IMG/VR virus record: IMGVR_UViG_3300025874_000006
Coordinates: 10,352 to 74,351 of that record
Source: a virus
DNA: 64,000 nucleotides
Direction: 5' to 3' (one strand)
Shown here: one piece after another, positions 26,095-34,539 of the stretch
Numbering within the stretch: position 1 is the stretch's first letter
Layout of the letters: each line of letters begins with the position of its first letter
Translations under genes and position numbers: made by a program
Notes under the pieces: model-generated
What the model saw: only the letters and a program-made list of their open reading frames with translations
Told to the model about the DNA's origin: nothing
Databases searched by the model: none

Positions 26095-26504
26095 AATAAT
26101 GCTATTACTTCTTCCTTGTATTTACTATGAAACATTTCATGATGATTTGGACATAATGGTATAAGGTTATTTATATCATTGTTATGATGGTTCTCATCCA
26201 TATGATGAACCACCACAATCTTATCAAAACCACATATCCTACATTCTTTAGGATTATGTCGAAAACATAGAGTTCTATAGTTAGTAGCGTTTTTATTCCA
26301 ATAGTCTTGTCTATTATTGGCACAACTTCTACTACAGAATTTAGATTCTGTCACTTTCTTGGTGAGTGCTCTACCGAATACGGTATATGATTCTCCGCAC
26401 CTAACACAGTCTTTACTATGTTCTTTTTCTTCACCAAATCTTTTATTGTAAGCAGCTGTTTGTTTTTGTTTATACTCTTCAGTATGATAACGACCATTAT
26501 TCAT
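26085..26504 (-). CDS. HNH homing endonuclease with zinc fingers
   Basis: CxxC, FCSRSC, CRICG, VHHMD.NH.NN...NL..LCPNHH. Confidence 0.88.
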   Translation of the reverse strand: MNNGRYHTEEYKQKQTAAYNKRFGEEKEHSKDCVRCGESYTVFGRALTKKVTESKFCSRSCANNRQDYWNKNATNYRTLCFRHNPKECRICGFDKIVVVHHMDENHHNNDINNLIPLCPNHHEMFHSKYKEEVIALLGE

Positions 26505-26568
26505 AATGCTCTCCTTTGTTAATCACACTAATATTTATAATAAATGCGATTTACAAACACTCCTACCT

Positions 26569-26724
26569 CTATACTTTCTTATCTCTATTTATAACCTTCT
26601 CTTTCTTAACCGATTCCTCGGTCTTTTTCTTCTTACCAAAGATGTTGTCCCAGTTATCTCTTCCTTGTTTTGATAACGTCTTAGACTGTATGGCGTCTCC
26701 GGTTATATCGTTTCTGCTTACCAT
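26569..26724 (-). CDS. Hypothetical 51-aa basic protein (MVSRNDITGDAIQSK...NWDNIFGKK)
   Basis: Below the track cutoff; AAGGTG RBS. Confidence 0.55.
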   Translation of the reverse strand: MVSRNDITGDAIQSKTLSKQGRDNWDNIFGKKKKTEESVKKEKVINRDKKV

Positions 26725-26741
26725 TCATACACCTTTAGATT

Positions 26742-26817
26742 TGGAGCGGGTAGTCGGGTTTGAACCGACCGCCTCAACCTTGGCAAGGTTGCGCTCTACC
26801 AAATGAGCTATACCCGC
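26742..26817 (-). tRNA. tRNA-Gly(GCC)
   Basis: Canonical cloverleaf, TTGCCAA loop, CCA. Confidence 0.95.
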
Positions 26818-26822
26818 AATAT

Positions 26823-26892
26823 TGGAGCGGAGTGTAGGAGTTTCACCTACCTTCAATGGGGGGCACCCATAGACCCAATAACTGGCCTCCGC
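26823..26892 (-). tRNA. Degenerate tRNA-Gly-like RNA
   Basis: GCGGAG/CTCCGC acceptor stem plus TCCA; GTAGG/CCTAC T stem with TGAAACT loop; GCC in a short hairpin; no normal D arm. Confidence 0.55.
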
Positions 26893-26899
26893 AAATTCT

Positions 26900-27154
26900 T
26901 TACTCTACAGTCAACTGGTCGGCCCATTTCAATTCCTGAATGATTCTATTATACCAATTAGAATCTTCTTCTGAATTGTTCGGATTATCCCTTTCTACAG
27001 TCAATTGTTCTATACGCACAGTTATATAGTCTGTTCGTCTAGACGCCTTACGTGATATCCTATCTAATAACTTTTTCTTCGAACCTGTCAACACTTCTAT
27101 ATTATTATAATCCATTGTCATTACACCCCAAATCTCTACGCGAGTCTTCATCAT
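26900..27154 (-). CDS. Hypothetical protein
   Basis: DYITVRIEQL...WYNRIIQELKW. Confidence 0.55.
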   Translation of the reverse strand: MMKTRVEIWGVMTMDYNNIEVLTGSKKKLLDRISRKASRRTDYITVRIEQLTVERDNPNNSEEDSNWYNRIIQELKWADQLTVE

Positions 27155-28529
27155 TGTTAGTTACACAATTACCACTTGGTAATTCTTCTGGTACATATCT
27201 CATCAAGTCTGAGTCGTATAGACCCTCTTCTAAGAAAGAAATTAAGTTGTCTGTCTCTTCATCAGTCAGACTGAGAGGAACAAACCGATAATCCAAATCA
27301 GTTATCTCTACCTGTGGATGTTCAGGAATACCTGCTACTTTATATCGTACAACATCTGCTATAGATGACATAGAACCACCGTGACCGAATACAGTAGTAT
27401 CTTTAAGATTGTATAGGGGTGGTACCTTAAAGGCAAAATCAGACATCTGGTCACCAGTAAATCCACCACGACCTTTTCGGTCGGCTTCTTTCACTTCACC
27501 AACAGTCTCTTCCCAGATATCCAAGTCATGGAAACCTAGAGTCATAAACACTTCACTCGCCAAAGAACCGACAGGTGAGGATAACGCGGGCCCATTATGA
27601 CACCCTGCACAATTACCTTTACCGAAGAACACCTTCGCACCTTCGACTTGTTCTAGGGTCATAGCATTTTCATCACCTCGCAACAACCTCTGGAAGGGTG
27701 CGCGGTTTGCAAGTACAGTACGTTCATATGCTGCAATCGCAAGTGCAGCTGCTTCCAACATGTCGTCTGGTTGAGATGTACCGTATGCCGCTTCAAACAT
27801 CATCTGATACTTCTCATTAGTGGTAAGGATAGAACCCTCTTCGCCAGGATTAAGTCTATGCACTCCTAGTCCAGCAACCGCCTGAGTCTCCAGACCAGAG
27901 AAGTTACGTAAGTTAGCTTCCTTCGGAGTACCCTCGGTGAAGTGTCGTTCAGGATCTATACCAATATTGACAATACCACCAATCACATTACCGAATTGGC
28001 CATTCCATAACATAACTTCTTGGTATGCGGTATTCAATATAGTAGGCGATGTTAAAGGTTGTACATCAGCAAACTCTTCCATACCTTCCGCGAAATTACG
28101 ATGGTCAAATCCAATACCACCTTCACCAATACCTTGACGAATACCGGACTTAAATCCGTTCTGACCATTATGACAAGATGCACAAGACCATGTGTTGTTC
28201 ATATCGGTTTCATTGGTCTCGGTCGAAGTCATACCAGTTTCATGGAAAAGCAACTTGCCGAGTTCCACCTTATCCGAGGTAATAGGATTACTAGGGTCTT
28301 GTGGGATGTTTAAGAAGTCATCGCTCTCTGGTAGGATATAACCTTCATAGGAACCGGTCGGTGAGGTTACACTCAATATATCACGAAGTTCACCAATAGA
28401 AACTTCTAGAGCTGTGGGTTGTGGGGGCGGAGTAACCGTTATAGGTTCTACCGGAGTAGTCTCAGAACCACCGGAACCACAGGCAGTTAGGAATATAGAC
28501 GATGACAACAACGCAATTTTACTATTCAT
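27105..28529 (-). CDS. Di-haem cytochrome c peroxidase/MauG-family lipoprotein
   Basis: Lipobox LTAC, VELGKLLF, CASCH, WNG, CAGCH, FKVPPLYN, HGG. Confidence 0.88.
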   Translation of the reverse strand: MNSKIALLSSSIFLTACGSGGSETTPVEPITVTPPPQPTALEVSIGELRDILSVTSPTGSYEGYILPESDDFLNIPQDPSNPITSDKVELGKLLFHETGMTSTETNETDMNNTWSCASCHNGQNGFKSGIRQGIGEGGIGFDHRNFAEGMEEFADVQPLTSPTILNTAYQEVMLWNGQFGNVIGGIVNIGIDPERHFTEGTPKEANLRNFSGLETQAVAGLGVHRLNPGEEGSILTTNEKYQMMFEAAYGTSQPDDMLEAAALAIAAYERTVLANRAPFQRLLRGDENAMTLEQVEGAKVFFGKGNCAGCHNGPALSSPVGSLASEVFMTLGFHDLDIWEETVGEVKEADRKGRGGFTGDQMSDFAFKVPPLYNLKDTTVFGHGGSMSSIADVVRYKVAGIPEHPQVEITDLDYRFVPLSLTDEETDNLISFLEEGLYDSDLMRYVPEELPSGNCVTNNDEDSRRDLGCNDNGL

Positions 28530-28565
28530 AATATAAGAGCCTCTCATAACTCTTTTCAATTGTAG

Positions 28566-28656
28566 TGGCGGAGAGGGTGGGATTTGAACCCACGATACGC
28601 TATTAACGTATGCCAGTTTTCAAGACTGGTGCATTCAACCGCTCTGCCACCTCTCC
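28566..28656 (-). tRNA. tRNA-Ser(UGA)
   Basis: Long variable arm, CTTGAAA loop, CCA; promoter TTGACA-17-TATCAT at 28668-28696. Confidence 0.95.
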
Positions 28657-28715
28657 ATTTACTACGTATGATACACTAATAATTACTGCTTGTCAACCCT
28701 TTTTATAAAAAAGTT

Positions 28716-28790
28716 TGGCTGGGGTGGGAGGATTCGAACCTCCGATATCGGGATCAAAACCCGAGGCCTTAACCGCTTGGCGACACCCCA
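28716..28790 (-). tRNA. tRNA-Gln(UUG)
   Basis: Cloverleaf, TTTTGAT loop, CCA. Confidence 0.95.
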
Positions 28791-28792
28791 AA

Positions 28793-28852
28793 CCTGTTTG
28801 CTCTACTGGGCACCACTGATTCAGTTATTTTAAAAGGGGAATCAGACCCTTT
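28793..28852 (-). ncRNA. Putative H-type pseudoknot RNA between tRNA-Pro and tRNA-Gln
   Basis: S1 AAAGGG/CCCTTT; loop CTGATTC pairs with downstream GAATCAG. Confidence 0.5.
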
Positions 28853-28861
28853 ATAATTAAG

Positions 28862-28938
28862 TGGTCGGAGATAAAGGATTCGAACCTTTGGCCCCTGCGT
28901 CCCAAACGCAGTGCTCTGCCAGACTGAGCTAATCTCCG
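28862..28938 (-). tRNA. tRNA-Pro(UGG)
   Basis: Cloverleaf, TTTGGGA loop, CCA. Confidence 0.95.
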
Positions 28939-28942
28939 TATA

Positions 28943-29014
28943 TGGAGAGCAGTTTACCTCTTACTCAGGAGACGGGCGTAACGACCAGCACAAGTTTAGA
29001 GTCATTTCGGGACT
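28943..29014 (-). ncRNA. Putative 72-nt structured RNA ending in CCA
   Basis: AGTC/GACT hairpin; 3' pseudoknot TCTC/GAGG with GAGTA/TGCTC; TCCA end. Confidence 0.5.
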
Positions 29015-29103
29015 ATAAATTAATCTTCTCGAAAAAAAGCAAAGTAGATGACTATGCAAGTCACTATACTTATTATTAAAATATCTATAAAACACATACG
29101 TTA

Positions 29104-29496
29104 TTAAAATACCTTATTAATTTGTATTTGGTTGTTGATTATTACTAATGTAGTCGCAGTATTCATAATATTAAGAGATGTTTCGCGAGACATTAAGGTT
29201 GTATCGCCCCTAAGCGCGGCATATATTAACAGATTCGACAATAGTTTAACCCCTACAAGTGTTTGAGGTGAGGGGTTATTTCCATATACAGGATTTCCTT
29301 CCTCTAGACACTCGTTAAGGGGCATATCACTGGTACATACATACTTTAATGCTTTATAAGTTTGCAGTGTGTCCACTGTTTGCAACGCTAGAAAGTATTT
29401 GTATTTGGTCTGTTCCTTTTCTGTCCAATCATTATATCCAGTACCGGAACAGCCGGTAAGAAAAACTAATAAAAGTATAGTTAAGATATTTTTCAT
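29104..29496 (-). CDS. Lipoprotein (DUF5658-like)
   Basis: Lipobox LTGC; DTLQT, EGNP, NN motifs. Confidence 0.65.
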   Translation of the reverse strand: MKNILTILLLVFLTGCSGTGYNDWTEKEQTKYKYFLALQTVDTLQTYKALKYVCTSDMPLNECLEEGNPVYGNNPSPQTLVGVKLLSNLLIYAALRGDTTLMSRETSLNIMNTATTLVIINNQIQINKVF

Positions 29497-29516
29497 TATT
29501 GTACCTACAATATAGT

Positions 29517-29593
29517 TGGCGGACTGGACGGGACTCGAACCCGCGACCTCAGCAGTGACAGTGCTGTATTCTAACCAACTGAACTACCAGTCC
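29517..29593 (-). tRNA. tRNA-Asp(GUC)
   Basis: Cloverleaf, CTGTCAC loop, CCA. Confidence 0.95.
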
Positions 29594-29930
29594 TTTTATT
29601 AGGGTTTCCCCATGTTTCCGTTTGAGAATGACAATTAGGACATAACAGCCGCAGATTTTCTATGCGATTGTCTCTATTGTTACCGTTGATGTGGTCAACC
29701 TGTAATATTAGAGTCTTTCCGTTGTATTCTCTTCCCACTCCACATTCGGAGCATGAGTCATATAGTTCGTTGATATATCTCCTGATACCTTCTCTGTAGT
29801 TAGAATCTTCTACCAACTTCTTTTTGACTACGTCCTGTCCTTGACATTTATTACTACAGTAGATGCCCTTAGATTGACTTGGGTAATACTGAAATTCAGT
29901 ATCACAATTTTTACAGATACCTTGTGCCAT
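29571..29930 (-). CDS. HNH homing endonuclease
   Basis: CxxC, YCSNKC, LQVDHINGNNRDNRIENLRLLCPNCHSQT. Confidence 0.92.
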   Translation of the reverse strand: MAQGICKNCDTEFQYYPSQSKGIYCSNKCQGQDVVKKKLVEDSNYREGIRRYINELYDSCSECGVGREYNGKTLILQVDHINGNNRDNRIENLRLLCPNCHSQTETWGNPNKRTGSSVG

Positions 29931-29979
29931 TATACTTCTCTTTATTAGAATGATGTATTTATTTATACCATTCTAACTT

Positions 29980-30162
29980 TTAAGAAGCACTACCAGTCCA
30001 AATTCTTTTTAAATAAGTGTGGTCGTCTTCAGTCTTTGTCAGAACAAACACATCACCTTCTTTAAAGGGTAAGTTAGACAAATCCAAAGCCTCGTCATCG
30101 TGTTCACTCAACAACTCAAATCCGTTAGTATCTATCTTAAATTTATATCCGAGATATAGCAT
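29980..30162 (-). CDS. Hypothetical protein
   Basis: Operonic ORF. Confidence 0.55.
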   Translation of the reverse strand: MLYLGYKFKIDTNGFELLSEHDDEALDLSNLPFKEGDVFVLTKTEDDHTYLKRIWTGSAS

Positions 30163-31005
30163 TTAGAACCACTTTTTTCCTTTCTTCTTCTTGAAAGGAT
30201 TTGTAGGTGTAGGAATCTTGTCGACGATAGTCTGTACCGGAGCAACAACTTCTTTTACTGGAGCGACGACTGGAGCAACAATCTTATCTACAGTGTCCTT
30301 TACTGGTTGCACAACATCTTGCACTGGGGCGATACTGTCTTCTACAACATCATATGCGGGGTCAACATCTACAGTGACAGTTCCTTCGGTCTTCACACCA
30401 ACAATAAACGCGAGGTTTACTGACCCGCCAATCGTAATGGGTTTGCTGTCCTTGTTCCAATCTGGGACTTGATAACCACCACCGATAGTTCCACCTACCT
30501 GTGCACCAACTGATACAGAAGTGTCGTTCACTACAGCAAGACCTAGACTTTCATTAGTATAGTAAGTGCGGTTACCTACACCAGCCTTCGCTCCTGCGAT
30601 TGCACCACCCTCAAACCAACAACCATCTGACCCTGCGTTTGCATCAACTCCTGCCCATGCGTAGAGTTCTGCATATGCATATAACTCTACACCTACTGCA
30701 TGGTCACCATTCTGGTACTCTGCCTTCAATGCAGCTTCTGCACGGAGTTTCGCTTCCGCAACTGCTTCGAGATATAAGTTATCGTCTCGATAACCAACAC
30801 CATATTTCGCAGACGCATTAGCCTCTGCATTCATTAATGCCTCACCTCTTAGGGTGTTGCCATCTGGATCTGTCCACTGACCACTTGCATTTACATAAAT
30901 GCCAGCACCTGCTCGGTACTCTCCGTTTAAACTAGTGTCTGTGTTATCAGTTCCACCTTCTGCACCGGCATTAGCGCCTGCGCCTGCTGTTGTGTCGACC
31001 ATCAA
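30163..31005 (-). CDS. Gly/Ala-rich beta-strand protein with Val/Pro repeat tail
   Basis: Alternating xAxAxA strands; APVxxVV repeats; basic KKKKGKKWF terminus. Confidence 0.6.
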   Translation of the reverse strand: MMVDTTAGAGANAGAEGGTDNTDTSLNGEYRAGAGIYVNASGQWTDPDGNTLRGEALMNAEANASAKYGVGYRDDNLYLEAVAEAKLRAEAALKAEYQNGDHAVGVELYAYAELYAWAGVDANAGSDGCWFEGGAIAGAKAGVGNRTYYTNESLGLAVVNDTSVSVGAQVGGTIGGGYQVPDWNKDSKPITIGGSVNLAFIVGVKTEGTVTVDVDPAYDVVEDSIAPVQDVVQPVKDTVDKIVAPVVAPVKEVVAPVQTIVDKIPTPTNPFKKKKGKKWF

Positions 31006-31382
31006 TTATTCTCCAAATCATGTGTGTGTAATGCTAATAAAGCATAATGTAATACCTTTACAAGGTCTTTTCGGTGATCTGATACATCACCCTTGTTTCC
31101 ATAACGTGCATTATACTTATCCACATTACCTAGAAAGAAACCCATACCATGGCCGCGATCAATAATGACTTCACTGGATTGAATACCAGAAGTGCAATAG
31201 TGTGCATTGTAAGTAGAGTCAATGTAACTCTTAAACTCTTCTATAAGTTTACCTTCGTTAAATTTGTAATCAATGACACCTATGTCACCGGCTTCTCTCA
31301 TTGATGTACCATTAGTATATTTTTCGAACTCCACCGTCTCATTGGTGTAAGGTGGAGTGTGTGCGTACATTAACTGACTCAT
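31002..31382 (-). CDS. DUF3310 (T7 gp1.7-like) family protein
   Basis: YIDSTYNAHY, GFFLGNVDKY..RYG.K, KDLVKVLHY. Confidence 0.7.
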   Translation of the reverse strand: MSQLMYAHTPPYTNETVEFEKYTNGTSMREAGDIGVIDYKFNEGKLIEEFKSYIDSTYNAHYCTSGIQSSEVIIDRGHGMGFFLGNVDKYNARYGNKGDVSDHRKDLVKVLHYALLALHTHDLENN

Positions 31383-31636
31383 ATAAATTCCCTCAAAAGT
31401 GCTGATCCCAGCATTACCATCATAACTGCGTTAAGTATAATCAGTGCACGGTCTTCCCACATCACTGATACCCACGCCCAAAGACCCGTGCCGACTACTC
31501 CTACGGCAAGATCGTATAACCTATACTCAGGGCCTGCTTGTCTAAACATTACCGATATTATGATACAAACAGTCGCAGCCCATTTCACATACCAGTCAAG
31601 ATTATCAGGATACCATTTAGTATCAGGTTTACTCAT
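31379..31636 (-). CDS. Small three-helix membrane protein
   Basis: DWYVKWAAT, W.WV..W.DRALIILN. Confidence 0.65.
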   Translation of the reverse strand: MSKPDTKWYPDNLDWYVKWAATVCIIISVMFRQAGPEYRLYDLAVGVVGTGLWAWVSVMWEDRALIILNAVMMVMLGSALLREFI

Positions 31637-31989
31637 TAGGACTTACTACCAATAGTTCTTCTAACGATATCGTTGTGATTGAACTCTGCCCAATACAACT
31701 CAAACGCGACTCCGTCTTTGAGACCTTCGAACTGGTGGATCTTGCCTGGTTTGACTTGGGTGAACTCGCCCGCACGTAGTATGGTTTCGTCAACAAGACC
31801 ATCTTGGTCATCTTGCCAAACACGCACAATCATCTCACCGGATTCTACGAAGAACCCGTTCCATTTGTGTTCGTGCAGATGTTCGGAACACTTGAAACCT
31901 TTTTTAAACTCGATACGATGAAACTCAAGAACACCGTTCGCGTGAACTAGTTCTGTCTGTCCCCAGATCTTTCCTGATTTCATTGTCAT
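31636..31989 (-). CDS. Cupin-domain protein
   Basis: KIWG, CSEHLHEHK.N.F.V.SG, PGKIHQF. Confidence 0.8.
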   Translation of the reverse strand: MTMKSGKIWGQTELVHANGVLEFHRIEFKKGFKCSEHLHEHKWNGFFVESGEMIVRVWQDDQDGLVDETILRAGEFTQVKPGKIHQFEGLKDGVAFELYWAEFNHNDIVRRTIGSKS

Positions 31990-32015
31990 ACTAGTCTCAC
32001 TGGTTCATAATAATT

Positions 32016-32100
32016 TGGTACGAGTGAGAGGACTTGAACCTCCACTGATTTCTCAACAAGAACCTAAATCTTGCGCGTCTACCAATTTCGCCACACTCGC
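32016..32100 (-). tRNA. tRNA-Leu(UAG)
   Basis: Type II cloverleaf, TTTAGGT loop, CCA. Confidence 0.93.
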
Positions 32101-32104
32101 ATTT

Positions 32105-32179
32105 TGGCTCCAAAGGTTGGGGTCGAACCAACGACCAATTGATTAACAGTCAACTGCTCTACCACTGAGCTACTTTGGA
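32105..32179 (-). tRNA. tRNA-Asn(GUU)
   Basis: Cloverleaf, CTGTTAA loop, CCA. Confidence 0.95.
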
Positions 32180-32207
32180 ATAATTTCTTCTTTACTACTA
32201 AGACGAT

Positions 32208-32236
32208 ATTATACTACAAAACCCTCTATGTGTCAA
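32208..32236 (-). promoter_or_regulatory. Sigma70-type promoter for the tRNA operon
   Basis: TTGACA-17-TATAAT. Confidence 0.85.
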
Positions 32237-32445
32237 GAGGGTTGGTGTTCTAATATGTCTTGATTTGAAAACCCACGTTTCACTAGTTCATTACGAAATT
32301 TAACTTTTACTTTCGGGGTTCTGCACTTATCGAACTCTTCCCACAGAGATTCGGTGGAAAGGGATTTTACAAAAAACCGTTGAGTTGTAATCTTTCCGGT
32401 CATGCGGTCTTTTACAATAGTATCTTCTTTGTACTTAGTTGGCAT
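32233..32445 (-). CDS. Hypothetical protein
   Basis: AAGGAA RBS; K.RNELVKRG motif. Confidence 0.6.
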   Translation of the reverse strand: MPTKYKEDTIVKDRMTGKITTQRFFVKSLSTESLWEEFDKCRTPKVKVKFRNELVKRGFSNQDILEHQPS

Positions 32446-32487
32446 AATATAGTTCCTTATTAAAGGGTTTAAGAGTTGTCGATTTTT

Positions 32488-32733
32488 TTAATCTTCGCTT
32501 AGTGATGCGTTGTATGCATCAACTACTTCGTCAGTATGCACAACAGCACAGATAGCCTGCACCTCTGCTGACTCGTTGCTGTAGTCTTGACCAGCCGTGA
32601 TGACGTGTCTGTGGTAGCCTGAAGATAGCTCTACGCCGTCTTCTAAGACTTTGGTGCAGGTTCGTACTTGTACTGCTTTGAACTCACCTACGATTTCAAT
32701 CTTGTCTTCTGATATTACTTTTTCTAAAGCCAT
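32488..32733 (-). CDS. Small fibre-associated protein
   Basis: DKIEIV..VQVR..EDGVELS..YHRHV; follows the fibre-like gene; AGGAG RBS. Confidence 0.6.
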   Translation of the reverse strand: MALEKVISEDKIEIVGEFKAVQVRTCTKVLEDGVELSSGYHRHVITAGQDYSNESAEVQAICAVVHTDEVVDAYNASLSED

Positions 32734-32778
32734 TGTGTTGCTCCTGTCTGTGCCTACCGTCCGATAGGCGTATGGTTG

Positions 32779-34539
32779 TTATGCTGTTTGATATGATGCG
32801 GTTACATGGACGTATCTTGAGCTGCCTGCTGTCAAGTTTGCAACGACCCAATTACCGCCCTGTATCATACCCAGAAACTCTAGTTGTGAGGTGCTTCCCT
32901 GTACAATTCCGCCTACAGTTTCACAAGCAACATTAAATGTGTTTAAATATGTTACAGGAAAAGAAGACCTTTTAGGCCCATTTGCAAAAGGTAAGCCTGT
33001 AATAATATGATTAGGAGCGCCCGTTATAGTTGAGGCCTCCAAAGCAAGAGTGACGGTAACTAAACGTCCAACTTTAGTGTATATACCAGTCATGTCTGTA
33101 GCTGTAGCTCCACCGCCTAAAGTAGGAGTCCAAGTACCCTCTTCATAATCATCCAGCTTATTAGCAGCACCTGTGCCGCCTAAGTAGACACCGCCTCCTA
33201 AATATAAGTTCTTAAAGCCGTTGTTGTCATCGCCCAAAGATATCACGCCGTCAACTTGGGTTCCGTCTCCGTTTGTCGGTTGTATCTCTTGAGATGCGCC
33301 TGTCAGTCCTGCTCCGTTGGTTCTTGGGTCTAAGATAATTGTGGATACAAGCCCAGCGCGAGATTGAATACTACCTACGGTTGTGCCGTCTTTGCGGAGC
33401 AGCATAATGTCGCCATCAGTTGTTCTGCGGTTAAACACGGCAGAAACGTCTGGTCTACTCGCTGAAATAAAACCTGCACTAGAAAGCTGAATTCCCGTGG
33501 TTGTTAGGTCTGCAACAGTCTTACCCACAAGCAAATTACCTGCGCCATTTAGAGTCATCTTAGGCGTAGTGTTAGCGTTGGCATAGAAGTTTAAGTTGTT
33601 ACTTGCGCCGCCAGTTGAGCCTATGTCCCAGTAGGACGAAGCGCCAGTGTTCTCAATGACTCGCAATGCTGAAGGCAGGTTAGTAGATACAGTCTTAGAG
33701 TAAGCGTTAAGAGTGGCAGCGTTGGTTGTTCCAGTGCCTGCTACAACTGAGCCAGTAAGTGAAACACTACCAGTAACGTCTATGCCTGTGTCGTCTGTTC
33801 TTATTTTTTCAGACCCATTATGGAAAAGTTTAACGAATCCGTCAGGCTCAGCAGTTATCATATTCTCATCATCAGCAACATTATTAACTGCAAAGTTTTG
33901 TGCTTGTATTTTTAAGTTTCCAGTACCTGCGTCAACAATTCTACTCTGAGTTCCATCATGATAAATCTGTAGGTCATCACCAGCACCAAACGTAGCCTTG
34001 TCATTGTCGCCAAAGTTAATGTCAGCAGAGGTAGTCAAAGGGCCGGTTAACGTACCACCCGATACTGGTAAATATCCAGCAAACGAAGGTGGAGTATATG
34101 TGAAAACACCTGTCGTGTTATCGTATTCTAAATTTGCAACACCGACCGCATTAACCGATACCGAAAGGTCTGTCAGCGATATACCTACTAAGTCAGGAAT
34201 ACCAATTAAAGTTGCACCAGTAAAGTCTACAGTACCGTCTGCTGTAATGTTAGCGATGTTTAGGTAACCGTCAGTACCATCAGTACCAGCATCCATTACC
34301 AGAGAAGCAACATCCAATGGATCATTAGGATTAAATCCTACTTGCGTAGCATAAGTACCACCAGCTGCTCCGCGACCAATAAAGTTGTCTGCATACACGT
34401 CACCTAAGACGAGCATATCAGTCTCTACTTTAAATACTTTTGTACTTGACATATTAGGTAATCCACTCTGTTCTGCTAAATTTTCAGGAACGTTCTGTTC
34501 TCCAATATTGACGTTAGGTGTCTGGGTATCGTTAGACAT
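32779..34539 (-). CDS. Fibre-like virion structural protein
   Basis: G/T-rich; YDNTTGVFTYTPP, DLQIYHDG, NKLDDYEEGTWTP, YTKVGRLVTV, GLPF; late promoter at 34578-34585. Confidence 0.7.
   Translation of the reverse strand: MSNDTQTPNVNIGEQNVPENLAEQSGLPNMSSTKVFKVETDMLVLGDVYADNFIGRGAAGGTYATQVGFNPNDPLDVASLVMDAGTDGTDGYLNIANITADGTVDFTGATLIGIPDLVGISLTDLSVSVNAVGVANLEYDNTTGVFTYTPPSFAGYLPVSGGTLTGPLTTSADINFGDNDKATFGAGDDLQIYHDGTQSRIVDAGTGNLKIQAQNFAVNNVADDENMITAEPDGFVKLFHNGSEKIRTDDTGIDVTGSVSLTGSVVAGTGTTNAATLNAYSKTVSTNLPSALRVIENTGASSYWDIGSTGGASNNLNFYANANTTPKMTLNGAGNLLVGKTVADLTTTGIQLSSAGFISASRPDVSAVFNRRTTDGDIMLLRKDGTTVGSIQSRAGLVSTIILDPRTNGAGLTGASQEIQPTNGDGTQVDGVISLGDDNNGFKNLYLGGGVYLGGTGAANKLDDYEEGTWTPTLGGGATATDMTGIYTKVGRLVTVTLALEASTITGAPNHIITGLPFANGPKRSSFPVTYLNTFNVACETVGGIVQGSTSQLEFLGMIQGGNWVVANLTAGSSRYVHVTASYQTA

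Noticed and set aside
29020-29097. 25-aa hydrophobic ORF MCFIDILIISIVTCIVIYFAFFRED
   Set aside because: Plausible micro-membrane protein, but no clear RBS and too short to support
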